A stretch of DNA of 64,000 nucleotides from positions 3,350,001 through 3,414,000 of the forward strand of contig CM119373.1 of the NCBI GenBank assembly GCA_051294905.1, read 5' to 3'. Both the position numbers and the translations under genes were made by a program. Below are positions 1 through 12,150 of the stretch, in pieces. The notes beneath the pieces were generated by a model. The model did not search any database. It was not told the origin of the DNA and saw nothing but the letters and a program-made list of their open reading frames with translations. The stretch's first letter is position 1, and the number at the start of each line of letters is the position of its first letter. This DNA comes from Botryllus schlosseri. Taxonomy: Eukaryota.

Positions 1-3000
1 TACGCTTTTCAAGGGAGGTGCAAATAAACAGCATTGTTTATAGGAGTTTAATCAGATAATACGATTGTATTTGATTGGACTTTGAAGATGAGTGTTCAGT
101 TTATAGGGATGAAAGGGAACCGGCTGCTTTCAGAGACCGAAATCTCATATTCAACCCGTGAATAGAAATTTATAAAGTCTTACAGCATATTTAGGAACAT
201 GTAAATTATTGGAGAGTTACAGAGAGATGAACTTTAATACTATTAATAAGATTACAACATCAAAGAGCCTTGAACAACATCATCTCATCCCATGGGTGGT
301 AAGACTCGGCAGAAATCGTGTTACGGAGGTTCAAATTTGTGAAAAATCAATAGTTACTACTAGAGCAGCGCTCTCAATGTACATTTTAAAAGCCACTCGA
401 TCTGATATGAACTTGAAATTTGAAGTGTTCTTGGGTGCGGGTGCCGGGTATTCATATGTCAAGTTTTTTACCACGTAAATGCATGATGAATGAAAAATCG
501 TGATATTAGGGACATCTTTCGGTTCGAACGGTCACGGCCTACTATATTTTATATAATTTACCATAAAATACTCGAGTGCATTAAATATTTGAACATCCTA
601 CAAGATAAATGTGGCAATTAGTGCTTAAACGGTGGGGTGAGAAATTGAATGTAATGATTTCAACGCTTATTAAGGTTTTAAATTATTTACACTATAATCA
701 GTAGGCAAATTCAATTATTTAAGGATGTTGTCAGTGGTGGGTATTGTTTCTGAATAATTTAAATTTACATCCCCAAATTCCCCATCAACGAATATCAATG
801 ATAAAAAGGTTAAATCCGGTGTTTTAAATTATTACAATAATTGAGTTGCTGAATTCTTTCAAAGCGTTCCTCATGGACATCACCACCAGATTTGGACAAA
901 TATATAATTCTAGTTGTCCAATTATACTAATCAGAACAAAATACCAGTTACAATCTAATTCTAATCTAATTTGGAAGAAATTGTGTAGCAATAATTCTAG
1001 TTATAATCTAATTTACAAAAGCTCAAAATTTTATAGTTGTCAAACTAATGCCCACAATGAGCCTGGATTCAAATCTACATTGGTCTGTTGATGTAGCCTA
1101 TAACAAATCTGTTTCAAAATTATTTGACACTAACAGCTGAGCTGTGAATTGCAATGTATAGAATGCATGCAAAATCATTTAAACAACTATTAAATTCATA
1201 TTATGTCACGCGACGTATCGTTACTCTTATAGATCAAACTTATCAGAGGTTTAACGTTGTGACATCGAAGGTAAAAGATGTACATCCATAAGTTTTTTGT
1301 TTACGATTGCCACTGTAATAGTAGTCAATTTTGAGGCCGGCACTATATGGTCATCAGTGCGGTATCATACAAGGCGAAAAGTTATGTTCAATTTGCGATT
1401 TCATATTGAAGAAAATCAATATCCAATATTCATCAAATCTTCCATAGTATATCAAATGAACAGAGGTAATATATTATAGTTATTGGAATTATAATGTAAT
1501 GATGTATACTTCAATTCACTGCAGTTCATCATCAAGGCCAATTGCCTATATCAATATTACTTCACACTTACAGCATACTTTTGAATTATAATTATCAAAA
1601 CGATGGCAGACTTAACGTATGATCTCCATGTTCTCTTTATTTTGCAATAAACAATCGGCCGCAAAGGCAGTTGCATTACTAAAAGCATCGTAAGATTCGT
1701 AACTAGAATTGTCGATGGTCGCATCACGATGACTAACGATTCGAGTGAGCAAATATTGCTATACACGTCACGATAATTTGAATGCAAACCCAGGTATAGG
1801 GGGCTAGGTGCGAGGGTAAAAATGATGATGGTTTATAAATCATGCATACAACAAACAACGCAATCACTACACTACCACTCTGCTACGAATAAAATAGAAA
1901 AAATTGGTTACCTTGTTACTGTCTCCAAGACTACGGTGGCTATGGCGTTCTGTCTCGAGGCAACTGTTGCCCAACGAGACAGCGTATTCATCCGCCAACT
2001 GTGACTTCACAAATAATTCAAAATTTGAAATTGGCACGCAGCATTTTCGGCGTAAAATCGCTTTATCATTGATTTATGGTCTATTTGAACGAATTGGTAC
2101 AGTATATTTTGCATATATTGTCAATTTACACATAATATTCTTCATGCGTAACAAGGACGGGGAAGCGCACCCATGCAGAGGTCAAGTAACGAAAGCTTGA
2201 TGACGTCACGTTAATTTTCCAACATAAAAACTTGATGAAGTATTCTGATTGTTCGATTTGAAATTATTTGAAAAGATGGAGAAAAATAATGAAATTTAAC
2301 ATATTTGATATTTGAAGATATAAAAACGATGCGAAATTCGGCTTCCAACGGGCGCGTTTATGAAATCCGCGAGATGGCGGTTTGTCACCTTGGATACTTG
2401 TGAAGCTCTCAGGTAATTTTGTCAGGTCTCCTCAACATGATAATATCTTAAAATGCCGGGCCCGTTATTTTGGGGATTCAAAGGTTTATTTAGAAAAAAA
2501 TACAATCTAGGCACAATTTCAGGGCCTTTTAGAGAAAATTCAATCCCACGGGCAGTTAATCCTGGCTCCTCGACCCTCATAGACCAGTTCAGCGCATCCA
2601 GCTTCAGTTCAGTTTTATTAATGATTTTAAAATACAGCGAAATCGCGATAAAATGAAAAGATGGGAAGGAACCGAAACGACTTACAGCAGTCTTTCGACC
2701 AAACATCCAGACCAATTAAAGCGAAATCACGTTATTTTAATCCGATTTGCCAAATGTTTCTATACTCTAATTTTAATTTAATCTAATTTCTGATTTGCCT
2801 GAAATGTTACAGGAGAACTGTATATAGTGAGAAACGAGCCAAACACCGGGTACAGACATTGTCTGTCAATCGTCATGCCTATGAGAGTGAACTCTGTTTT
2901 GATATGAAGTGAACATGATGTTTTTGTATTTCTTATCGCGGATTCAGCAATTTTAATATAATTTGGAAAAACTGAAAATTTTCTAGTTTTCCAAGTCTGC

Positions 3001-3537
3001 AAACACCTACCTTAGCCTAGAATACATAATTCAGAAGCATTTTCACATAGGATTTTAGTTTATTAAGCTAGGCTAGGACTTGGAAGAATAGCCTACGGTA
3101 CTACTGTTGGTGTAAGTTATAGTGGGCAGTGTCTTACTAGTATTGTCTACGCCGATGTGAGCTTTTGAACGGTGAATTGCAACTGCTGTTTTACTGTGTC
3201 CTTATATTTTCATTTGACCCTAATTTTGTTGTGTTTCAAAACAAGTACGGTAGACAGATTTTCGTCTGCACCTTCACCATTAGGATAAGAGTCTATGCAT
3301 GTTGGCTATGTCACAGCTATGTTGATAGGAAGGAAAAAATCAACTCCGAGCATACCTAAGTGCAGTGTGTAATAATTAAATTTTGATGTTGGCTCCTTTG
3401 ATTTCGCATTGCATAGGCTACCCAGCTTTGTTGGGATATAAAAGCTATAAGGTTTTGAGCGTCAAGGCTAGAGTGTATGTGTGACTTTTCCAAAACTACT
3501 TCACTTGAGTAGGCTAGTATTCGAAGCAAGGAGATTC

Positions 3538-4369
3538 GGCGCTTCTTCGATATACGCCCCAGATCGAAACAGTGTTTCACATGTAACCAGCAAGTGTTTC
3601 CCACGAACACGATCAAAATTTATAAACGTCAAAATAAATTGTTTTTTGCCTGTGGAGAGACGGATATTAAGGTTGGATGTGGGTTAGGCATATCAGGGTT
3701 GGGAGTAGGTGGATATTAGGGTTGTGTTAGGGTATTCCGGGGGAAGGGAGTTATTAGGGTTGGAGGTAGGTTAGGGTGAAAGTTGGTGTTAAGGTATCCC
3801 AAGATTCGGGTTGGGGATATTATGGTCGGGAGAGTGTGGAATATCGTGTCCCGCACTCCAAACCTATTCTTGGGTTACCCTTACCCTAACACAGCTCTAG
3901 CCCCAACCCAGCTCTAACCATAGCTCTAAACCAATCCCCTAACCCTAATATCCCCCCTCCCCAACATCCCTATTTCCTAACCCTAACACAGCTTTAACCC
4001 TAACCCAGCTCTAACCCTAACTCTAAACCCATCCGCTAACCCTAATATCCCGCCTCCCCAACCCTAATATCCCCCTCTCCTCCAACCCCAAAATCCCGAT
4101 TTCCTAACCCTAACACAGCTCTAACCCTAACCCTTATATCCCCCTCTCCTCCAACCCTAATATCCACCTTTCCCAACCCTACTCGACCCTAAAATCCACC
4201 CTCCCAAGTCCTAAGATCCCCCCTCCTCCAACCATAATATCCCCCTTCCACAACAAAGACAAAAAACAATTTATTTTGACGTTTATAAATTTTATTGTGT
4301 TCATGTGAAACATATGTTGGTGTCATGGGGAGCACTGTTTCGATCTGGGGCGTGTATCGAAGAAGCGCC
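3538..4369. mobile_element. Non-autonomous DNA transposon (foldback/MULE- or Merlin-like) with ~115-bp TIRs and internal telomere-like repeats
   Basis: TIR GGCGCTTCTTCGATATACGCCCCAGATCGAAACAGTG at 3538 and its near reverse complement ending at 4369. 8-bp direct repeat GGAGATTC at 3530-3537 and 4370-4377. Interior is TTAGGG-like followed by CCCTAA-like degenerate repeats. Confidence 0.85.
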
Positions 4370-5478
4370 GGAGATTCTACTTGTATAAGTTTGGTGCAGC
4401 CGAACCTGAGTAAAATTCCATGTCGCTTCATCTATTCCTAATTGTGTAACTTTGCTGATAACTTTGACCGCCTCTGCTGATTGATTAGTGATGGTACGAT
4501 GTCAATAAAAATAATCAATAATCGACAGATTATATTTTCATGTAATCCAGACACACACATGTAGGCTACTATGTGATAAGACACAACGCTATGTAATGAA
4601 CAGATAGGAGAATGCCGAACGACCAGTTGCGGTCTCTTAAATCTGGAAACCACCTCGGCCTGGTGTCCGATGTCACAGTTCTTTCTGTCGGTGTAAATCT
4701 CTATTCCGCGGCGCTTTCTCGCTCTGTCCATTCATTGCGAGTGCTGCTTTCATCAGAACTTTTTCAGGGCCCAGATATACCGCCGAGGGGTAATCGAGCC
4801 CATGCTGTGACACACTCGGCATTCACAAAGTAGATTGACCCTTACGATGCTAGGACAATGGTTATATAAAGTAACTAACCATTAGGTCATCTGGTCAGCA
4901 CCATTTTTTCCTCTTCACCCTATCCCGAAGTTGGATGAATTTTTATTGATCTCGATATTTTTGTTGTTTCTGGCTAATTCTGGGGCATTGACTCTGGGAA
5001 TGTCATTAGTTTTATCGCTATTATCGGTTAATAACACATTGTGAGGGTGGGGTAGGGCTAAACTGCAATATATAATGAATACCGGTAGCACAAATCCCAT
5101 TTAGTATCATGTCAGTGATGTCACCATTGTTTAGCTGTGGGCAGATTTGTAGAAATGAAGGATGCCAAAAGCTTAATAAACTTACATATGTTGTAATGTT
5201 GTTATAATCTGTATCAGAATAGTGGGTTTTGGCTAGTATTCCAAATATTTGCTTGTGAAACAAGCTATTTCTTTCTCCGTTCGAGAGTGTAATACATCAG
5301 TAGATGTTATCATTGCAGAGTCACATATTTTTTAGCGTGATAACTTGTCATTACGAAAAAGATTTTACATTTTTTCCCAATATAGACCTCGCAATTGGTA
5401 GTAGACAATGAAAATTTCACCAGAGAAAGAGAGAATTCTTTTATTCGTCAACCATGAAATATATACTATACACTAGCC

Positions 5479-7440
5479 CAGTGCTTTTCAACCTTTTTGT
5501 GCTCCGTTCGCACTTTTTTTGTAAAATAAGTTTCATTCGCACAAACTAATCGAAAATTGTTATACTAAAAGTAGATGAAGATAGGCCTACTTAACAACAT
5601 TTTGTTCAGATATGCAACAAATTGGCTACTATGTAGCTTAAGCTATCAAGTGCCTCAATAGGAAGGCAATTTTTTTCGATCGTTTTGCTTCTAATTATTT
5701 CACTAAAACCCTTCTCGGCCAAACAATGTTGTTGGGAATTTGTACAAAAACGTCTACTAGTGCTTGGATGGCCACTGGCCAGGTCTTAAAATCTGTTCTG
5801 CAATCCTATCCAAAATACAGCGTATTTTTCGCGAGTGAAAACTGCTTGCGGGCAGAAATCGTATTTGAGAACTGACATAAAGGTCCCGCAAGGCTCCAAT
5901 CTGTCGAAAGGGTGAAAACCTCACATGATTGTGTTGAGGCTTTTTCTTTATTTCTTTGGAAGATAAGGAGCAAAACGATAAATGAGAGTAGGCACATTAG
6001 AGCTCGCTATCTGATGATTCGTTGCTTCAACTTCTGTCTCGCAAGTTTATGAGAAGAGCAAATAAACTCACGATACTGTTGGTTATACTCTTTAGCTCAA
6101 TCTAACTTGGGAATTCATGACAGTTTAATAACGGTAAAGCAGCTTTCAGACTACCACCAAAATCTGAATTTTTGTGACATCTCGCGATCAGAGACTCACC
6201 CATGAAAAGAAATTTATTTTTAACATTACAGTTGTATGCTACGATTTTACTGGCATGTATGACATACAGAACGCGCACACCACAATTCTACCCAACACAT
6301 ATCTACAAAACATGTCTGACGCACGCGATTTCCAAATAGGGCAAATTAAATTCCTCTGCCAGTCGCAGCTGTACTACTATCTACTCAGATTGCAAGAACA
6401 GGACTATTCTGTGCAGACAACAGAACATATCCAATCCGTCTCGAAAGGTTTGGCCATCCAACATCGGTAATTTTTAGACCGAGGTTTTGTCGCCGCTTAT
6501 GTTTTTGGCACCGCAATTTATAAGCGGTTTGTTCGCCAAAACTTGACGTCGTCATGTGCCCGACGCAGAAGGGATTGGCCTCGAAATGAATGAGTCCAAT
6601 AGGCCTGAACTCGCTCGTTGCACACCCCTACACTAGTTCATCCCAACGGTCTTCGACCATGTTTTCCAGAAAAAACAGTCGGACAAATCTTATCATGAAT
6701 TCTTATGATAAAGCCACATTTAATGCGTGTCTCGCTTATTGGCTACGATATGTAGAAACGATCACAGGATTTTTTGCAATAAATTTAATAAATATTACAT
6801 ACATATTAACAGATAGCTCTGGCACCGTGTAGACCCAAAATTATACCCTTTGCGGTCCATACTGTAATAACCCTTGAAGGGGTAAAAATTTGCATTACAG
6901 TAATTTACAAATTTGAGTCTGTAATGATGGTATTTACTACTATCCTCGTGCCTCGCGCAAATCGAACAGTTATTACGGAAATATGATGATTGTTTAGCGA
7001 AAGAAAGCAGAAAGTCTATTTGACGTCATTTTTTCAGCCTGTCCCGGGCTCAGACGGGCTGATGTACTGTATATCTGCCACTATATAGAGATTGTAGAGA
7101 TCTCTATACTACCACTACACCAGCTTCAAACCAGGCTTTTGGTTATGTAATAATTAGAGTGCGGGAATATTAATTCACTACGGCTTGTGCGGGCTACGAT
7201 GAGTGGTGCGTCGTATTAAGTTTTACAATTGCATCGTAACTACAAAAGTTACACTGATCTTAAACTTCCTATTAGGTTCATTTGAATTTTTCCACGTCAG
7301 AAAAGTTAACAATCAATCACGGTTTTCATTCGCACTCGATCCGGATTTTCATTCGCACTATTCGCACCACCTTCGTCATTCGCACTGCAATTTTTTCCAT
7401 TCGCACCGGTGCGAACCGTCACACAGGTTGAAAAGCACTG
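5479..7440 (-). mobile_element. hAT (Charlie/Buster-type) element with decayed transposase
   Basis: TIR CAGTGCTTTTCAACC / GGTTGAAAAGCACTG. TSD CACTAGCC at 5471-5478 and 7441-7448. Frameshifted minus-strand remnant FPTT..EKGFS near 5700-5745 resembles the hAT dimerisation domain. Confidence 0.85.
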
Positions 7441-8154
7441 CACTAGCCCATACAGTATAGGCAATGTTTACAAACATTCACATCCGAGAGTGACATAATT
7501 TTTTTATTTGCATAAGCAGCCTAACTACCAGTATATATATATTACGTGGTATAGACTGGGAGACCCGATATGACCGAAGTCTTCAAGGCCGGAGTCACCC
7601 AAGCATATTTGGCAGTATTAATAATAATAATTAATCAATTTCTTCTCTCTGTTGAGTAGCGGAGCAACTATATAAAACTAAATAAACAAAACACTGGTAA
7701 GGAAGGCTTCCATTGTTGACAGTGTGATGTGCTGTGATCAGAGAAAAACAATTTGACCCACGTACACAGTGTTAATATTATTGTAACATATATTTCGTTG
7801 CTAAACACGTGACAAATAAGATAGTGAAGGAAGCCAAGGAGAGGGTAGGTTACAGACTGCATACTGGCATACCCAGAGTACCAAAATAATAATACTCGAG
7901 ACGTAACATGAGACAGCTGTGGGGTTCCGACTGGGAGGGTCATGTCATTTGCCATTCCGAGAGTTTGGAGAGAGACAAAAAAACACATTTTGGCGACTGT
8001 TATTACTTTTGTTTGCTACGCAAAGCACCAAACGATCAAAGGTACTATTTTTTTGCGTCTATAATCTAAAAAGATTACGTTGAGCTTATGCCATCTGTTC
8101 GGCTCAATACTTCAAATTTTGTATGCCGGTAATGACATATTTGTTAGTACGCCT

Positions 8155-8302
8155 GTTTATATGCAAATGTTCTTTTGACATCTCTACTAGTTGCTGACGA
8201 TTACCCTCTGACGAGTGTCAGCCTAATATATTCGGGTTTATTTCAATATGAATATATAGTTCAATTGCATATTCAATTTCTGTACCTCCAAGAGGTTTTC
8301 AA
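8155..8302 (+). mobile_element. Penelope-like pLTR fragment, hammerhead core mutated (GAAA to TAAT)
   Basis: Matches 41020-41164, including CTGACGAGTGTCAGCC and the tail TTCTGTACCTCCAAGA. Confidence 0.75.
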
Positions 8303-8787
8303 TACCAATATTGAAGTTCTGTAACATAATTCAGCTATTTAAAATCATGTCAAGATTGTTCTCGTCAAGGACAGAGTTCCAGGGTTCTAGATAGGGGGGG
8401 GGTGGGGGAACTTGAGTAAGTAGGGGAATTTGAGTACATTTGACAAAAACTTTTGCTTTCTCAACATATCTGCTTTAAATTCGGCAGTTCTGCATTTATT
8501 CATTAGCTCACTATGTAAGCTCTAGATAAGACTAATAACCATTTTTATCAAAGGCCGATTATAGCCTCCACGTGGAATTGAAAGTTTGTGAATTTTTTTT
8601 CATTTTTGACGCCACTTTTCAACTTCTTTGCAGACAGCATAAAAATGGTTGTTGCATATCCAAATATTGCTTAAGTTTGTGATAGTTGATCATACTACAA
8701 GGTATGGCAATGCATTTTGTCAATGGTGGTAAGAGTAAGTTTTAATTTGAAGAATATTTTTTTGGGGTGATTCGGGTATAGTATAAA

Positions 8788-11700
8788 TTATATATATATA
8801 TATAGGTCTAGCTCTGTCTGCATTCAGACTAAGAGCACCATCACCGAGGTGATGGAAATATCCATCGAAAAAGGACACAGCAATAAAGATTTCAAATATA
8901 AATTAAATTTCGCGTGAAAGTGCTGCTTTCGAAAATGTCCTGATGTCGGTATCGTTCCGATTAAGGACATTGTTCATCAGCGTTGCAGACGGTCTTCCTT
9001 TCTTGGTTCTCCTTTCATCTTCAAAGGTTATCGACTTCACGACACTATCATTAGGTTTCCGAATTATGTGGGCAAGAAATTTAGCTTGTTGGTGATCAAT
9101 AAAGGATGAGAGATCTTCAGTGCGACAGATTTTATGAAGACTTTTATTACTAATTTTGAAGGCGTGGCCGGTTCCCTTTCGAGTGTAGCCTCCATGTATC
9201 ATTTTTCGCAAAAATTGTCTGTAGCAGACATCCAGGACGTTTCTTTGATTTTCTGAAAGGGACCATACGCTGCAGCCATATGTGAGTCGACTTCTCACAA
9301 AAGCATTTAAAATTTTTATTCTTGTACCAATCCAAATTCTGAAGTTTCGAAGCAGGTATTTATTGGATTGGAAAGCTGCATGAGCCGAGCTGATCCTGTT
9401 GTTGATTTCGGTTATTCCCACATTCGTTTCCTTATAGTGAACAATACATCCAAGGTATTTGAAAGTTTTTACGTTTTCAATATGATGATTATGCAGAGAG
9501 CAGATTGAAGTCGGGTAAGTCAGTTCTTCATTGTGGTTAAATATCATAGTTTTTGTTTTCGACTCATTAATTTGTAATCCGAAATCAGTAAGAACTTCTG
9601 ATAGCAGTTTCAGGCCTTCCTGGAGAGAAGATTGGTCTTTGAAAAAGAATTCAAGATCGTCCGCATAGCCTGAGCCCATGTTGACAGCTGTTCCTTGGTA
9701 GTTTTTGTCCCTTTTATTTTCTCGTGCATAGTCCGGTGTGCGAAAATGATACTGGCTGAAAGCGATATCGGTTAGTTCCGCTCTGTGTAGGAAAACCCTC
9801 ACGGCATAGTCCATGTAAAGATTGAAGAGGATAGGGGACTCGGGACCGCCCTGTCGAACTCCAGATTTTGTGGAAAAAGTTTGGTTAGGGTGGCTTTTCA
9901 GTTCGGTTGTTGTGGATCGATATAGAGAGGCAAGTAAGTTCACGATTTTGGTTCCCTTATCCTCACCGATTCGATTTCGTAGCGACTGAATTAGCCAGGT
10001 TCTGTTGACGTGGTCGAACGCAGAGGAGAGATCGACAAACAAGGCATATGTTTGTATATCAGTTTTTTCCGCAATGATTTGAGACTGCTTCGTGACATAT
10101 ATACAGTCGGTGGTTCCCTTCCCTTTTCTAAAGCCACATTGGAATTCGAGAATTTGCTGGTTATACCATTCCTCTATTCTTGATATGATTATTTGTATTA
10201 ACAGTTTACAGAATACACTTCCAACTTGAATAGCGCGATATGTTGATGGATCGGTTCTGCTTCCTTTGTTTTTCCATATGGCAGTTAGCTTGCTATGGCC
10301 GAATGATTGGGGTAATTTTTCAATCTCCCATATTGTTTGGAACAATTCTGTAATTTTATCCATGATCAATTTTGATGACGCCATTGCTCTCAAAATCTCC
10401 GGTGGTACGTCTGAACTGGATTTCTTATGCTTCAGTTTTTCAATAGTTCGTTTAATTTCCTCGAGTGTTGGTGGGTCTTCATCGATAGTGGAACTATTTT
10501 CTCGCATCAACTTTAAAGCATTTGGAATGTTTTCCAGATCATTTGGCATCCCATCCGATTTCTCATTTCTTTGTTCGTCAAAATGGTTTTTGAAGAATTC
10601 AGCCAGTTTACTGGCTTGGCAGGAAATTGTGGTATTGCCTTTACCCAGAGTACAACCGTGTGCTTTAGCGTTTTTGAACAGAGTTGCGGTCTCTCTGTTT
10701 ATCGCATTTAGATTTATTTTTTCTGCTTCAGTTTTCCAGTGCCTGTTCATCAAAAAGTTTTTCCTTTTTCTAATTTTCTTTCTGAGGAGTGTTATGGCAC
10801 TTTGAGAGTCTGGATTGTTCCGTCCCACGTCTTTCAGTTTCTGTAGCAGATCGTTCAGTGCTTGATCACTTTCCCATATGTTTCCGAATTTTTCCTTATT
10901 ATATTTCGGGAGTATATTCTCCGTGGACATTTGCATCGATACTGTTAGCTTTTCGTATAGTGCGTCCACATCATTTTGCTGGCAGTCAGTTGAAAGAGAT
11001 TGTTCTACATCTTCGATTAGCCTGTTTTTGTAGTCGGTATCATTTAGGTAGCCGAGGTCCGGGGCCCCGCTCTCTTTTTCTTTATTAAGTTTCCGTGGTC
11101 TGAAACGTTCTTGTCTAGTAAATGGTGTTTTCATTTTTGCCACTAGAATTGTATGATCTGAATTTATTTGAACAGATCTTTTTGCACTGCAGTCGGTCAT
11201 ATATTGTCTCAGCCAGGACTCACAAAGAATGTAGTCCAATTTTTTTCGCGTTTTGCCATCTGGGCTAGTCCATGTTGTTTTCTTCCGTTCGTGATGTATA
11301 TAGAACGTGCTAGAAACGCATAGGTCTTTCTCTCTGCAGAAGTTGATCAGGCGATCACCGTTATCATTGTATGTGCAGTTCATTATGCCATTCTTGCCAT
11401 TGAATGAGCTGTGTGTTTCGCATAGGTTCGTCGTTGCATTCATATCTCCCATTACAATAATTTTCCGATGCTTTTCACCGTCATCTGCTTGGCAGACTTT
11501 GGAAAGACTATTGTAAAAATCGGCCTTGGTTGATGACGCTTTATCTTCCGTCGGGGCATAGGTGATAATAAATTTTATGTCAAGGTTGTGTACGGTAAGT
11601 TTTGCCGCAATCAATCTGGGTGATATGTTAATTACGTCTCGAATCTTTATGAAGCTGCATTGTCGAATTAATATGCCGACGCCATGTTTTCGAATGGATT

Positions 11701-12150
11701 TGTGGCCTTGCCAGTAAAATTTGTATTTACATCCATTCGCCTCAATAACTTTTTCTCCGCTGTCAAGTCGTTTGGTTTCTTGTAAACCGACGATGTCTAG
11801 GCCTGCGTCGCTTATTGCTTTGACGACTTCGTATGCTTTCTCGTCCTCTCTCATGGTTCTGACATTTATAGTTCCAAATTTCCAGTATCTTTTGTCTTGG
11901 TCTCTGATGGATTTTCGATTCGGAACATTTCCGGATGGTGCTGAATCACTGCATCCCATCCTGTGGAGTATATGGTTAAGAGATATTGTTGGTCCCCGCT
12001 TAGCTGGATTGGGGTATTTATAGATGTTCAAACTCTTTAGTGTAGTCTTTAAGGCTGATGTGATGCCTGTTCTTGTGAAATTACCGGTACTCATTCTCCT
12101 GGTGCACGACATTGTCTTTGGCAGATCAACAATCAGGTGATTGGCGGCGC
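8788..12150 (-). mobile_element. Near full-length single-ORF LINE (RTE-like) with (TA)n tail; 5' boundary approximate
   Basis: ORF 8903-12112 followed by a ~100-nt 3' UTR with hairpins and a (TA)n run at ~8789-8804. No TSD recognised. Confidence 0.8.
8903..12112 (-). CDS. Non-LTR retrotransposon (RTE-like) ORF: AP endonuclease plus reverse transcriptase, 1069 aa, uninterrupted
   Basis: APE motifs GTINVRT, DIVGLQET, YAPT, GDMNA, LDYIL, SDH. RT motifs QCGFRKG, FVDLSSAFD, GVRQGGPESPILFNLYMD, YADD, FKYLG. RTE-like C-terminus HIIRK...KKGRP. Confidence 0.95.
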   Translation of the reverse strand: MSCTRRMSTGNFTRTGITSALKTTLKSLNIYKYPNPAKRGPTISLNHILHRMGCSDSAPSGNVPNRKSIRDQDKRYWKFGTINVRTMREDEKAYEVVKAISDAGLDIVGLQETKRLDSGEKVIEANGCKYKFYWQGHKSIRKHGVGILIRQCSFIKIRDVINISPRLIAAKLTVHNLDIKFIITYAPTEDKASSTKADFYNSLSKVCQADDGEKHRKIIVMGDMNATTNLCETHSSFNGKNGIMNCTYNDNGDRLINFCREKDLCVSSTFYIHHERKKTTWTSPDGKTRKKLDYILCESWLRQYMTDCSAKRSVQINSDHTILVAKMKTPFTRQERFRPRKLNKEKESGAPDLGYLNDTDYKNRLIEDVEQSLSTDCQQNDVDALYEKLTVSMQMSTENILPKYNKEKFGNIWESDQALNDLLQKLKDVGRNNPDSQSAITLLRKKIRKRKNFLMNRHWKTEAEKINLNAINRETATLFKNAKAHGCTLGKGNTTISCQASKLAEFFKNHFDEQRNEKSDGMPNDLENIPNALKLMRENSSTIDEDPPTLEEIKRTIEKLKHKKSSSDVPPEILRAMASSKLIMDKITELFQTIWEIEKLPQSFGHSKLTAIWKNKGSRTDPSTYRAIQVGSVFCKLLIQIIISRIEEWYNQQILEFQCGFRKGKGTTDCIYVTKQSQIIAEKTDIQTYALFVDLSSAFDHVNRTWLIQSLRNRIGEDKGTKIVNLLASLYRSTTTELKSHPNQTFSTKSGVRQGGPESPILFNLYMDYAVRVFLHRAELTDIAFSQYHFRTPDYARENKRDKNYQGTAVNMGSGYADDLEFFFKDQSSLQEGLKLLSEVLTDFGLQINESKTKTMIFNHNEELTYPTSICSLHNHHIENVKTFKYLGCIVHYKETNVGITEINNRISSAHAAFQSNKYLLRNFRIWIGTRIKILNAFVRSRLTYGCSVWSLSENQRNVLDVCYRQFLRKMIHGGYTRKGTGHAFKISNKSLHKICRTEDLSSFIDHQQAKFLAHIIRKPNDSVVKSITFEDERRTKKGRPSATLMNNVLNRNDTDIRTFSKAALSREI

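Noticed and set aside
1..3500. Possible old transposon remnants
   Set aside because: I could not find a TIR/TSD pair or a protein motif, so the region is left unannotated.
3670..4250. True telomere or chromosome-fusion site
   Set aside because: The repeats are degenerate and enclosed by TIRs with an exact 8-bp TSD.
8840..8875. Hammerhead in the LINE 3' UTR (stem followed by GAAA)
   Set aside because: The upstream core reads CCGAGGT rather than CTGANGA, it is antisense to the LINE, and there is no closing helix.
10266..12023. Plus-strand ORFs overlapping the LINE (likewise those opposite CFAP119 and RhoBTB)
   Set aside because: Antisense shadows of real coding sequence with no recognisable motifs.
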